Assembly (NCBI GenBank): GCA_031366795.1 | Contig: JANLOX010000259.1 | Coordinates: 22,613-86,612 of the forward strand | Source: Candidatus Eiseniibacteriota bacterium | Lineage (GTDB): Bacteria > Eisenbacteria > RBG-16-71-46 | Length of the DNA stretch: 64,000 nucleotides | Direction: 5' to 3' | Shown here: piece after piece, positions 20,865 to 30,387 of the stretch | Numbering within the stretch: position 1 is the stretch's first letter | Layout of the letters: every line of letters starts with the position of its first letter | Notes under the pieces: generated by a model | Told to the model about the DNA's origin: nothing | Database searches by the model: none | The model's input: the letters and a program-made list of their open reading frames with translations, nothing else | Position numbers and translations under genes: made by a program

Positions 20865-23152
20865 TGCGGCTCGCCCCGCGCGTGCAACGTGTCCTGATGG
20901 TGTTGGGCACATTCGCCGTGTGCTCCTACGCTCTCCCTGCGCCCGCGCACGCCGAGGTGACGCTGCAGGCCCAGCTGGATCGCTCGTCGATCCAATCGGG
21001 CGAGTCGGCGACCCTCGTCGTGAGTATCGATGGCGCGGATGGCCCGGTAGGCCAGCCCAACGTGACCTTGCCGGACGGTATCCAGACGCTGGGCACCAGC
21101 CGTTCGCAGAGTTTCTCGTGGATCAACGGCAAGAGCGCATCGCAGACGCAGATTCGCATCGAACTGGGAGCGGATCGCGCCGGCACCTTCGCCATCGGTC
21201 CCATCGCGGTGCGCGTGCGCTCGCAGGTCTACACGCGACCTCCCCTGACGCTCACCGTCGCGGCGGACCGTCCGCGCGTGGGGGGTGCTGCGCGCAGCGG
21301 CGCCGCGGCGATGATCGTGGACGTGTCGCCGTCGAATCCCTATGTCGGGCAGCCGGTGATCCTGCGCGTGCGGCTGGTGCAGCGCACGCCGCTCGCCGAG
21401 GACCCGCAGTACACGCCCCCTGCGACGCCTGGGTTTTGGGGCGAGAAGGCTTCGCAGCCGACGTCCTACTACGCGGACGAGAATGGCTCGCGCGTGCTGG
21501 TGACCGAAACCCGCACGCGGCTCTACCCGCTGGCGGCGGGCACGGCGCGCGTGGGGGAGGCCGTTGCCGTGCTGTCGCTGGCGGTGCCCGAGGGGAGTTC
21601 GGATCCGTTCGGCATCTTCGGCGGCGTGGCGCGGCGTGCCGTGCAGGTGCAGAGCCCGCCGGTCGACGTGCGTGTGCGCGCGCTGCCCGGTGGAGCACCT
21701 GAAGGTTTCGATGGCGCCGTGGGGCGGTTCACGGCAACCTGGCTCGGGGACCGGCAGGAGACCCCGAAGGATGTGCCGGTGACGGTCGTGCTGGACGTGC
21801 GCGGTGTGGGCAACCTGCCGCTGTTCCACACGCCAACGCTCACGAGTTCGGATGCCGAGGTGTTCTCCAGCACGGTGCAGGACAGCCTCGGCGCGCCGGG
21901 CTCCCTATCCCCGGGGCGGCGCCGCTTCATGTGGACGGTCCTGCCGCGCACGACGGGAACGCTGCAGCTCGCCGCACCTCCGTTGGTGTGGTTCGACGAA
22001 GTGAGTGGGCGCTACGTGGAAGGGGCGTTGCCGCCGATCGTCGTTCAGGTCACGCCACCGGTGGGTGGGCACGCGGGTGAGTCCGGTGGTTTCCCTCCGG
22101 TGTTCGCCGAACACCCATTGCAGGCGCAGGCCGGTCCGGTGTGGGCGTGGGGACTGGCCATCGCGGGAGCACTGCTGGGGTGGGTTCTGCGGCGTGTTCG
22201 CGCGCTGGGTGGCAAGGCGCAGCAGGCCGCAGCACCCGCGCCGTCGTGGGTCGAGGGCTTGCGGCATGCGCGCGGCCCCTCGTTCTGGGCGGCGGCGGGT
22301 CGCGCCTGTGAAACGCTTGCCGGCGAAGGCGTCGATGTCAGCACCTGGAAGACGGAGATCGACGCCGCGCGCTATGGCGGACAGGGCCACGACGAGGACC
22401 GCCTGCGCGGCGCCATGCTGCGGCGCGTCGAATTGAGCGTGCGCACCGCGACACAAACGAGCGCGATCGATTGGGCGCTCCCGGCCGGGGCAGCGGTGGT
22501 CGTACTCGCGCTGGTAGCGCTGAGCCTGGGGCTAGGTCGCGGCGACGCGTTCGCGGCGCGCAGCCTGCAGGCGGAAACGCAGGCGCGGCGCGGCGATGTC
22601 GATGGTGCTGCGAACCGTTGGACGGCATTGTGGAAGGACGGCGCGCGAGCGCCGGGACTTGCGGCTCGGCTGGCGTGGGGGGCAGCGCGAGGCGGTGACG
22701 TGGCGCGCGCTTCCGCCTGGGTGTTGCGGGGCGAACGGGGCGAACCGCGCGACGCCGCGCTGCGCTGGACGACGGGACAGGTGCGCGATGCGGGAGGCCT
22801 CGAGGGTTACTCCCCTGCGCGATTGCCGGTGCGGAATCTCGAATGGGGTCTGCTCGCGCTGGCCCTCGGGCTGGCGTCCGCGTGGGCCGGGAGGCGCGGC
22901 GCCATCGTGTTGCTCGCGCTGGCGGCCGTGATTTCGGTCGCCCCCTGGCTCGACCATGCGCGGGCCTCCAAGCAGCCGCGAGCGGTGGTGTCGCGTGCGG
23001 TGTCGCTCGGTGGGGCAGGCGTGGACCTTGCCCCTGGGCAGGTGGTGCGGGTCATCCGTCTCAATGGTGCCATGGCGCGTGTCGCGGCGGGCCCACAGGT
23101 CTTGGGCGATGTGCCCAGTGGGGCGCTGATCGTGGTTGAGGACAACCGATGA
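20864..23152 (+). CDS. BatD-like protein with fused C-terminal BatE-like TM/SH3-like region
   Basis: Signal peptide, SFSWING and GAVGRF BatD-type motifs, several TMs, terminal SH3-like segment (GQVVRVIR...GDVP). Confidence 0.7.
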   Translation: MRLAPRVQRVLMVLGTFAVCSYALPAPAHAEVTLQAQLDRSSIQSGESATLVVSIDGADGPVGQPNVTLPDGIQTLGTSRSQSFSWINGKSASQTQIRIELGADRAGTFAIGPIAVRVRSQVYTRPPLTLTVAADRPRVGGAARSGAAAMIVDVSPSNPYVGQPVILRVRLVQRTPLAEDPQYTPPATPGFWGEKASQPTSYYADENGSRVLVTETRTRLYPLAAGTARVGEAVAVLSLAVPEGSSDPFGIFGGVARRAVQVQSPPVDVRVRALPGGAPEGFDGAVGRFTATWLGDRQETPKDVPVTVVLDVRGVGNLPLFHTPTLTSSDAEVFSSTVQDSLGAPGSLSPGRRRFMWTVLPRTTGTLQLAAPPLVWFDEVSGRYVEGALPPIVVQVTPPVGGHAGESGGFPPVFAEHPLQAQAGPVWAWGLAIAGALLGWVLRRVRALGGKAQQAAAPAPSWVEGLRHARGPSFWAAAGRACETLAGEGVDVSTWKTEIDAARYGGQGHDEDRLRGAMLRRVELSVRTATQTSAIDWALPAGAAVVVLALVALSLGLGRGDAFAARSLQAETQARRGDVDGAANRWTALWKDGARAPGLAARLAWGAARGGDVARASAWVLRGERGEPRDAALRWTTGQVRDAGGLEGYSPARLPVRNLEWGLLALALGLASAWAGRRGAIVLLALAAVISVAPWLDHARASKQPRAVVSRAVSLGGAGVDLAPGQVVRVIRLNGAMARVAAGPQVLGDVPSGALIVVEDNR

Positions 23153-23706
23153 AGACGCTGGTGCTGTTGTTGAGTCTGTTGACGCCGATCGAGCAGGCCG
23201 ATTCCACGTTGCAGCAAGCGATGCAGCAGCACCGCGTGCCCGCGCTGGAGCGCACGATGCGGACGGCTTCGGACATCGGCAAGCCGGTCGTGGTGTTCGG
23301 TGTCCTGCTCGCCATCGCGGTGTGCGATGTCGCGCAGGGGGTGCCGCTGGCGCGCGTGGCGCTGGTGAGTGCTGCGGTGGTCAACCTCGCGGTCGAAGTC
23401 ATCAAACGCACGACCGACAGAACGCGGCCCGATGGCGAGCGCAAACGGTCGAATGCTTCGTTTCCCTCCAGCCATGCGGCCAACGCGTTCGCCCTGGCGG
23501 TGTTGTTCTGCAGGCGCTGGCCCAAGGGCTCGATCCTGTTCCTCGGGGGAGCCACGCTGGTGGCGGTGTCGCGCGTCTACCTTAACCGCCATTTCACCTC
23601 GGATGTGGTGGCAGGGGCCCTGCTGGGCGCGGGGCTAGCGCTGTGGGTGTCGCGGCAAATGCGGTGGCCGGCTGCGTCAGCACCCACGGCGGTGGCGCGC
23701 AAGTGA
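23149..23706 (+). CDS. PAP2-family membrane phosphatase
   Basis: K-x6-RP, SFPSSH, SRVYLNRHFTSDV. Confidence 0.9.
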   Translation: MKTLVLLLSLLTPIEQADSTLQQAMQQHRVPALERTMRTASDIGKPVVVFGVLLAIAVCDVAQGVPLARVALVSAAVVNLAVEVIKRTTDRTRPDGERKRSNASFPSSHAANAFALAVLFCRRWPKGSILFLGGATLVAVSRVYLNRHFTSDVVAGALLGAGLALWVSRQMRWPAASAPTAVARK

Positions 23707-23800
23707 ACCGGCGCAAGCCATCGCGGAAGTGATCGGGGTGCAAATGAATGTGGAGCGGCTCACGCGCATCTGCTAGCCTCCGTTGCGAGGAGGTATTCCC

Positions 23801-24274
23801 GTGCCGATGATCTCCGCGTTCGGCGCTGCGCAGCTCGACCCCTCGCTCTACATCCCCGAACTCAAAGTTCGGCGCAAGTTCGCTGTCCTCGATGAACTGG
23901 TTCGAATCGCTGCCCACGCCGGTGTGGTGCGTGAGCCCGAAGTGCTGTGTGCCTCGCTGAATGTGCGCGAGCGCCTGTTCGGCACCGGCATCGGCAAGGG
24001 CGTCGCGGTGCCGCACCTGCGATCGATCGCGGTCATCGAGCCGCGTCTCGTGATCGCGCGTTCACGTCGGGGCCTCGTCTGGGGCGCAGGCGACGGCGCC
24101 GCCGTGCACCTCGTCTTGCTCGTGCTCTCCCCGGCGGAGGCCGGCGAGGAGGCGCATCTCGAATTCGTCGCTCGTGTTGCTGCGCTTGGACGGTTGCAGC
24201 GTAACCGCACGCGGCTGATCGAGGCGCGCGAGTTTCCCGAACTGGCGGCGGTGTTCGGTGAAGGCGCGCCATGA
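23801..24274 (+). CDS. PTS EIIA domain protein (fructose/nitrogen-regulatory type)
   Basis: RERLFGTGIGKGVAVPH with the phospho-His; GAGGAGGT SD before GTG 23801. Confidence 0.88.
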   Translation: MPMISAFGAAQLDPSLYIPELKVRRKFAVLDELVRIAAHAGVVREPEVLCASLNVRERLFGTGIGKGVAVPHLRSIAVIEPRLVIARSRRGLVWGAGDGAAVHLVLLVLSPAEAGEEAHLEFVARVAALGRLQRNRTRLIEAREFPELAAVFGEGAP

Positions 24275-24609
24275 GCAACCTCGGAGTCCTGCTGGAACTG
24301 CACGACGTCGATGTGCTGCGCGGGGAGATCGCCGATCCCCGCACGGTGTCGCGCTTGCGCAAGCTCGGCTTCACGTTTCCAGTTGCGGCGGATCTCGATG
24401 CGCTGCGGGAACGCCTCGTGGCGCAACTGGAACCGAGGTGGGCCACTCAATATGAGCGGCTCCAGGGCCGCTACGGCCGCGCGGTCACCGTGGTGCGGGG
24501 GCGTGCCTGCCAGGGATGCTTCATCACCCTGCCGACCCGTGCGGCGCCCTCGGACGGCCAGCCGCTGACGACCTGTGAGTCCTGCGGGCGAATTCTATAC
24601 TGGCGCTGA
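24271..24609 (+). CDS. C4-type zinc-ribbon protein (short DUF164-like)
   Basis: YERL..RYG, CQGC and CESCGRILY motifs. Confidence 0.8.
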   Translation: MSNLGVLLELHDVDVLRGEIADPRTVSRLRKLGFTFPVAADLDALRERLVAQLEPRWATQYERLQGRYGRAVTVVRGRACQGCFITLPTRAAPSDGQPLTTCESCGRILYWR

Positions 24610-24611
24610 GC

Positions 24612-24640
24612 GGGGGGCCGCGGCTGCGGCCAGGCCCCCC
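24612..24640 (+). terminator. GC-rich hairpin after zinc-ribbon gene (possible terminator, no U-tract)
   Basis: GGGGGGCC...GGCCCCCC inverted repeat just after the stop. Confidence 0.3.
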
Positions 24641-24741
24641 ACAGACCCGGCTCCCCACAAGATTTGGGTGCTCGCCCGCGCCGTCGGCTATGCTGAACCT
24701 TGCACCGGGCAGGTTCTCCCGCACCGAGGAGGAGTCACACG

Positions 24742-25182
24742 TTGTTCATCCGGACATCACGCGCCAGCGGCTGGCTGTTGTTGTGCGCACTGGCAGGCGG
24801 CACGGGCTGCACCGCGCTGCGCGAACTGCCTCGCAGTGAGTACGCGGCGCGCCCTGAACGCCAGCACGTCAAGATCGAGACGACCGAAGGCCTGCACTAC
24901 GAATTCGACTACGTCCAGGTGGCGAACGATTCGCTGACCGGCTTCAAGGAACGCGACACCGAAGGACCCGTGAGCGAAGTGAGCACGCTGAGCATGCCGC
25001 TGGAAGATGTGCGCGCGCTGTCGACACGGCAGATCGACTGGTACAAAACGGGCCTCGCGGGCGGCGGCGCCGTGGCGGCGCTGGTTGCGGCGGTGGTCAC
25101 GACCATTCACAAGAACAGCGGCAGCAACGATGGCGGCTTGTCAGGCGGCGGCAAGGGAGGGGTCCCTGGCGGCGGCAACTGA
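24742..25182 (+). CDS. Hypothetical lipoprotein
   Basis: GAGGAGGAG SD then TTG; signal peptide ending LAGGTG-C; C-terminal hydrophobic segment and Gly-rich tail. Confidence 0.7.
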   Translation: MFIRTSRASGWLLLCALAGGTGCTALRELPRSEYAARPERQHVKIETTEGLHYEFDYVQVANDSLTGFKERDTEGPVSEVSTLSMPLEDVRALSTRQIDWYKTGLAGGGAVAALVAAVVTTIHKNSGSNDGGLSGGGKGGVPGGGN

Positions 25183-25188
25183 GCGCGG

Positions 25189-25644
25189 CTACTCGATGAC
25201 GGCGCGTGTCCCGATGACCGCGACGCCCGCGCCGGCCGCATCGGCCACCAGGTCCACGGCGTCGAAGCCGCTGCTTCCGCTCATGTCCAGGAGTTCCTTG
25301 ACGAGTCCCAGCGAGAGGCTGCCGTAGCCGGCGATGCGCGGACTGCGCGTGATGAGGCCGGCGGCCAGCCCCAGTGTCATGGCGAGCGAGGCGTGCTGCA
25401 GACGGTCCGCGCGCAGCAGGCCGACTTGCCAGCGGCGGACCGGCGGTAGCGGAAACGCGATTGCCGCGCGCGCGGTTGCGACGGAATCAGGTGCCGCGAA
25501 TGGGGTCGCGGTCGCCACGGTTACGGCGGAGTCAGGGGCAGCGAGTGTAGTGGCAACCGGCGCGGCAGCCCGCGCGGGTGGTGAAGCGAGTACGCTGGCG
25601 ATGATCAAGATGACGCACCCCCCCGTGGAACCCGAACGCATCAT
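25189..25644 (-). CDS. Exported/membrane protein, YfiM/DUF2279-like
   Basis: Signal peptide; DRLQH, GLVKELLD and GFDAVDLVADAAG motifs. Only - strand gene; start uncertain, head-to-head with cca. Confidence 0.6.
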   Translation of the reverse strand: MMRSGSTGGCVILIIASVLASPPARAAAPVATTLAAPDSAVTVATATPFAAPDSVATARAAIAFPLPPVRRWQVGLLRADRLQHASLAMTLGLAAGLITRSPRIAGYGSLSLGLVKELLDMSGSSGFDAVDLVADAAGAGVAVIGTRAVIE

Positions 25645-27154
25645 GCCCACATCCTCCGATCGATCGAACCTGAACCAGTGGCGGCACCGCCTGGATGCCG
25701 CACTCGAACGCCTGCGCGAGCGAGCCGGCCTCGTGCCGGTGGACCTGCTACGCGAGCGGGCGCGCGCGCGCGCCGAGCGGGTATTGCGCGATCATGCCTG
25801 GCCGCCCACGGTGCTGCCCGCGCTTAACCGCCTGCGCGAAGCCTCGTCGCCAGCATACCTCGTCGGTGGAAGCGTTCGCGATTGCCTTCTCGATCGCGCG
25901 GGCGATCCCACGCTGGATGTTTCCACCAGCCTGACGCCGCCCGAGGTGATGCGGCGGTTCGCGCGCGTGGAACCGATCGGGCTCCAGCACGGCACGGTGC
26001 TCGTCGTCGAGCCGGGGCTGCGCTTCGAGTGCACGACATTCCGCAGGGAGGGTGAGTACGCCGACGCCCGCCACCCTGACCATGTCGCCTTCACCCACGA
26101 TCCGCTCGAAGACCTCGCGCGACGGGACTTTACCGTCAATGCCCTGGCGTTCGATCCCGTGGCGGGAACGCTGCTGGATCCGTTCGGCGGCGCACTCGAC
26201 CTCGAGCGCGCCGTGTTGCGCGCGGTGGGCGCGGCGGCCGACCGGTTCCACGAGGATGCGTTGCGGCCGCTGCGCGCCGCGCGCTTCGCCTCGACGCTCG
26301 AGTTCGATCTCGATCCCGCGACCGAAGCAGCCCTGGGGAGCGTCACCGAACGGGCTCGGCTCGTGGCGATGGAGCGCGTGCGTGAGGAGTGGCTCAAGCT
26401 CATGGCGGCGGCCGCGCCCTCACGCGCCATCGAACTGCTCCGGCGCGCGGGCCTGCTTGCGCTGTGGATGCCCGAACTCGACGCCTGCGTGGGTGTCACG
26501 CAGAACCGCTACCACGCCTATGACGTGTACGAGCACAGCCTCAAGACCTGCGACGCGGCACCCCGCGATAAGCCGCGCGTGCGCTGGGCAGCGCTCCTGC
26601 ACGACATCGGCAAGCCACCGACGAAGGTGATGCGCAACGGCGATGCCACGTTCTATGGCCACGAGGAAGTGGGCGCCGAACTGGCGGATCGACTGCTCGA
26701 ACGATTCCGCTTCCCGAATGATGAGCGCGACGCAATCGTCCACCTCGTGCGGCAGCACATGTTCGATTACCGCGCCGAGTGGAGCGATGCCGCGATCCGT
26801 CGCTGGCTGCGGCGCGTGGGCATCGATGCGGTTGCCGATTTGTTCGACCTGCGCATCGCGGACGCCATGGGTAATGGAATTAAGATTTCGAGCCCACGGG
26901 CGCTCGACGAGCTGCATGAGCGCATCCAGCTGCAGCTGGCGCGTGAGGATGCGCTGAGCGTGCGCGACCTCAAGGTTGATGGACGTGACGTGATGGAGGC
27001 GCTGGGGCTGCCGCCGGGCCCGAGTGTGGGAGAGGTGCTCGAGGCGCTGCTCGAACGCGTCCTCGAAAACCCTGAACTCAACCAGCGCGAGCGGTTGTTG
27101 ACGTTGATGCGTGAGCCTGTAGCGACGGGAAATGCTGGAGGCAACGAGACTTGA
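25643..27154 (+). CDS. cca: tRNA nucleotidyltransferase (class II, CCA/poly(A) polymerase family) with HD domain
   Basis: YLVGGSVRD, RRDFTVNAL, EDALR, ERVREE, LLHDIGKP, GPSVG. Start uncertain. Confidence 0.88.
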   Translation: MPTSSDRSNLNQWRHRLDAALERLRERAGLVPVDLLRERARARAERVLRDHAWPPTVLPALNRLREASSPAYLVGGSVRDCLLDRAGDPTLDVSTSLTPPEVMRRFARVEPIGLQHGTVLVVEPGLRFECTTFRREGEYADARHPDHVAFTHDPLEDLARRDFTVNALAFDPVAGTLLDPFGGALDLERAVLRAVGAAADRFHEDALRPLRAARFASTLEFDLDPATEAALGSVTERARLVAMERVREEWLKLMAAAAPSRAIELLRRAGLLALWMPELDACVGVTQNRYHAYDVYEHSLKTCDAAPRDKPRVRWAALLHDIGKPPTKVMRNGDATFYGHEEVGAELADRLLERFRFPNDERDAIVHLVRQHMFDYRAEWSDAAIRRWLRRVGIDAVADLFDLRIADAMGNGIKISSPRALDELHERIQLQLAREDALSVRDLKVDGRDVMEALGLPPGPSVGEVLEALLERVLENPELNQRERLLTLMREPVATGNAGGNET

Positions 27155-27180
27155 CACCCTTTCGACAAGCCCCGTACTCT
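27151..27180 (+). promoter_or_regulatory. Putative sigma70 promoter for polyprenyl synthase-rsfS-argS-pfkB
   Basis: TTGACA-18 bp-TACTCT; the -35 overlaps the cca stop codon. Confidence 0.6.
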
Positions 27181-27192
27181 GCTTGCTTCGAC

Positions 27193-28263
27193 ATGTCCGC
27201 ACCGACCCTTTCCATTCCTGACCAGGCGCACGCGCCGCTCCCGATCGCTGAAATCCAGAAGCCGGTACGCCGGGAACTGGAGCGCGTTCAAGAGTGCCTC
27301 CGTGAGTCCTTCCGCACACCGATTCCGATCCTGAATCAGGTGGGTGGTTATGTATTGGCGACGCGGGGCAAGAAGTTCCGCCCCACGCTGCTCCTGCTCG
27401 TGGCGCGGCTCAAGGGCGTGGTGAGCCCGGACGCGCTGATCGCCGCGACCGTGGTGGAAATGGTGCATGCGGCAGCACTCATCCACGACGACTCCGTCGA
27501 CAAGAGCGACCTGCGCCGCGGGCGCCCGACGGTGAACGGTCTGTGGACGAACGAGATGGCGATCATCATGGGCGATTACCTGTACGCGCAGTCCATGGCG
27601 CTGCTGGTGAGGCACAAGCTGTACTCCGCGATGGATGTGCTGTCGCGCGTGGTCGCCGAGATGTCGTGCGGCGAAGCGCTGGAGTTCCAATACGCCTACG
27701 ACCTGGATGTGACCCAGGAACAGTACGAGGAACTCATCCAGTACAAGACAGGATCACTCATTGGCGCGGCGACGGAAATGGGCGCCGACCTGACCGGCAC
27801 GCCCGCGCAGCGGGAGCGCAGTCTGCACTACCGGCGTTTTGGCGATTTGATTGGCGTGGCGTTCCAGATCGTCGATGACCAGCTCGACTACCTGGGCAGT
27901 CCCAAGATCACGGGCAAGCCGGTGGGTTCGGATCTCGCCGAGGGCAAGGTGACGCTGCCGCTGATCGCGGCGCTGCGCCAGGCCACTGAAGCCGACCGCC
28001 GCGTGTTGAAGCGGCTCGCGCTGCGCAAGCGCTGGACGAAGGCCCAGTGGGTGCAGTTGCTCGAGTTGGTGGAGAAGTGCGGAGGGTTCGAATTCGCGCG
28101 GGGAAGAGCGCTCGAGCTTGCCGCCGAGGCCCGGCAGTTGGTGCTGGCGGATCCCGCCATGTCGCGGACATCGCGGACCAGTGCCGCGCTCTCGCCGTCG
28201 CTCAAGTCGGTGCGCCGCGCGCTGGACCAGGCGGTCGAGTATTCCGTGCAGCGTAATTCGTGA
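27193..28263 (+). CDS. Polyprenyl diphosphate synthase (IspB/HepT-like)
   Basis: GKKFRP, LIHDDSVD, RRG, YKT, FQIVDDQLD, GKPVGSDLAEGKVTLP. Confidence 0.93.
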   Translation: MSAPTLSIPDQAHAPLPIAEIQKPVRRELERVQECLRESFRTPIPILNQVGGYVLATRGKKFRPTLLLLVARLKGVVSPDALIAATVVEMVHAAALIHDDSVDKSDLRRGRPTVNGLWTNEMAIIMGDYLYAQSMALLVRHKLYSAMDVLSRVVAEMSCGEALEFQYAYDLDVTQEQYEELIQYKTGSLIGAATEMGADLTGTPAQRERSLHYRRFGDLIGVAFQIVDDQLDYLGSPKITGKPVGSDLAEGKVTLPLIAALRQATEADRRVLKRLALRKRWTKAQWVQLLELVEKCGGFEFARGRALELAAEARQLVLADPAMSRTSRTSAALSPSLKSVRRALDQAVEYSVQRNS

Positions 28264-28685
28264 CGGCGCCCAAAGTGACTGCCCCGCGTCGTAACCCGGC
28301 TCCCAAGGCGCCGGTTCCGCCCGACCCGCTCGCACTTCCCGAACCGTTGCGTGTCGCCGTTGAGGCCGCGCTTGCCAAGAAGGCCACGAACCCGCTGGTG
28401 CTCGATCTGCGCGAGTTGCAGGGCGTGTGTGATTACTTCGTGATCGTCTCGGGTTCGAGCGATGTGCAGGTGAAAGCGATCGCTGAGTCTGTCGAGGATC
28501 GCCTGCGCGAAATAGGTCAGCGCGCCTGGCACGTCGAGGGCCTCGAAGGACGCCGCTGGGTCCTGCTGGACTATGTCGAATTCGTCGTGCACGTCTTCCA
28601 GGAGAAGACGCGCGACTACTACATGCTGGATCGGTTGTGGGGAGATGCGAGGAGCGTGGAACTTGGTCTGGACGGAACTGACTGA
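28260..28685 (+). CDS. rsfS: Ribosome silencing factor
   Basis: KKA, DYFVIVSG, WVLLDY, VHVF, YYMLDRLW. Confidence 0.93.
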   Translation: MTAPKVTAPRRNPAPKAPVPPDPLALPEPLRVAVEAALAKKATNPLVLDLRELQGVCDYFVIVSGSSDVQVKAIAESVEDRLREIGQRAWHVEGLEGRRWVLLDYVEFVVHVFQEKTRDYYMLDRLWGDARSVELGLDGTD

Positions 28686-30387
28686 GATCGTCGCCTTAGG
28701 CCTCAAGGGCGCCGGAATCTACACGGATGAACGGTTGGGCCGCCTCGAGTTGGCGATCCCGCGTGATGCGTCACACGGTGATTGGACGACGAACCTGTCC
28801 TTGCTGCTGTCGAAAGGGGTCGGTCGCGCGCCGCGCGCCATCGCCGAATCGCTACGCGACAGCATGCGGCTCGAGGGCACTTCGTTCGACCGCGTCGACG
28901 TTGCCGGCCCGGGGTTCCTGAACTTCCACTACCGCGATGAGACGATTGCCCGGTTGCCGGAGCGCATTGTCGCCGCGGGCTCAGGCTTCGGCGCCTCGGA
29001 CCAGGGCCACGGCGAGTCGGTGCTGGTCGAGTACGTCAGCGCCAATCCCACCGGACCGCTCAACGTGGTCAGCGCGCGCGCGGCGGCCGTGGGAGCGGCT
29101 TTGGTGCGCCTGCTGAACGCCACGGGCTTCAAAGCCGAAGGCGAGTTCTACGTCAACGATGCCGGCAACCAGGTCGACCTGCTTGGCGAGTCCGTCGCCG
29201 CCCGCTTCGCCGAGGCGCACGGGATCGCGCGGGCGTTTCCCGAGAACGGTTATCGCGGCGAGTACCTGCGTGATGTCGCAGCAGCCTTGCCCGAGATGGC
29301 CGCACGGGCCCAGCTCGAGCTGCCTGCTGGGGCAGGTTGGTTCCGCGACCAGGCGCTGGCGTTGATGCTCGCCTGGCAACGCAAGGATCTTGGTGACTAC
29401 GGTGCGGAATTCGCGCGTTGGTTCCTCGAGTCGACGCTGCACCAATCGGGCGCCGTGGCGGAGACGCTTAAGGCGCTGGAATCGCGCGGCGTGGTGTACC
29501 GCTCGGTGCACCCGGAGTCGGGTTACGAACGCGAAGCAGATGCGCCCGCGGCCGCCGAGGAATCGGCGGCGTTGTGGTTGCGTGCGTCGCAATTCGGCGA
29601 CTCGCAGGATCGCGTGGTCGTGCGCAGCAACGGCGCGCCGACGTACTTGCTGCCGGATACCGCTTACCACCGGGACAAGCGCGCGCGCGGCTTCCGCAGG
29701 GCGATCAACTTGTGGGGGCCCGATCACCACGCCTACGTGAAGACATTGAGCGCCGCCCTCAAGGCGCTCGGGCTTCCGGACGACTTCCTCGAGGTGCTGA
29801 TCGTGCAGCAGGTCAACCTGATGCGCAGCGGCAAGGCGCTCGACATGAGCAAGCGCATGGGCCAGTTCATCACCTTGCGCGAGTTGATGGACGATGTCGG
29901 CGCCGACAGCGCCAAGTTCTCGTTCCTGATGCGCTCCACCAGCGCGCACTTGGATTTCGACCTCGACCTGGTCAAGCAGCAGAACGATGAAAACCCCGCG
30001 TTTTACGTGCAGTACGCGCATGCGCGCATCGCCTCGGTGATCCGCTATGCGGCCGAGCGCGGGCTGGCGCCGGCGCACGCGGCGACGCTGCGTTACGCGG
30101 CGCCGGAAGAGCGCGCGCTGGTGCGCAAGCTGGCGGCATTCCCTGAAGTGGTTCGGGGTGCCGCGGACATGCGCGAGCCGCACCGTGTGCCCAACTACCT
30201 GATCGAGACCTCGGCCGAGTTCCACCGCTTCTACCACGCCTGCCGCGTCGTCTCGGATGACGTGGCGCAATCGCGGGACCGCTTGTTACTCGCCGAGGCT
30301 ACGCGCGTAACCCTGGCGAATGGCCTCGCCTTGATGGGCGTTGCGGCCCCCGAGCGCATGGAACGCGAAACGGAGCCCGTGGCGTGA
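28663..30387 (+). CDS. argS: Arginine--tRNA ligase
   Basis: GPGFLNF, EYVSANPTGPL, YVNDAGNQ, WGPDH, MSKR, YVQYAHAR; TTG start after AGGAG. Confidence 0.93.
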   Translation: MVWTELTEIVALGLKGAGIYTDERLGRLELAIPRDASHGDWTTNLSLLLSKGVGRAPRAIAESLRDSMRLEGTSFDRVDVAGPGFLNFHYRDETIARLPERIVAAGSGFGASDQGHGESVLVEYVSANPTGPLNVVSARAAAVGAALVRLLNATGFKAEGEFYVNDAGNQVDLLGESVAARFAEAHGIARAFPENGYRGEYLRDVAAALPEMAARAQLELPAGAGWFRDQALALMLAWQRKDLGDYGAEFARWFLESTLHQSGAVAETLKALESRGVVYRSVHPESGYEREADAPAAAEESAALWLRASQFGDSQDRVVVRSNGAPTYLLPDTAYHRDKRARGFRRAINLWGPDHHAYVKTLSAALKALGLPDDFLEVLIVQQVNLMRSGKALDMSKRMGQFITLRELMDDVGADSAKFSFLMRSTSAHLDFDLDLVKQQNDENPAFYVQYAHARIASVIRYAAERGLAPAHAATLRYAAPEERALVRKLAAFPEVVRGAADMREPHRVPNYLIETSAEFHRFYHACRVVSDDVAQSRDRLLLAEATRVTLANGLALMGVAAPERMERETEPVA

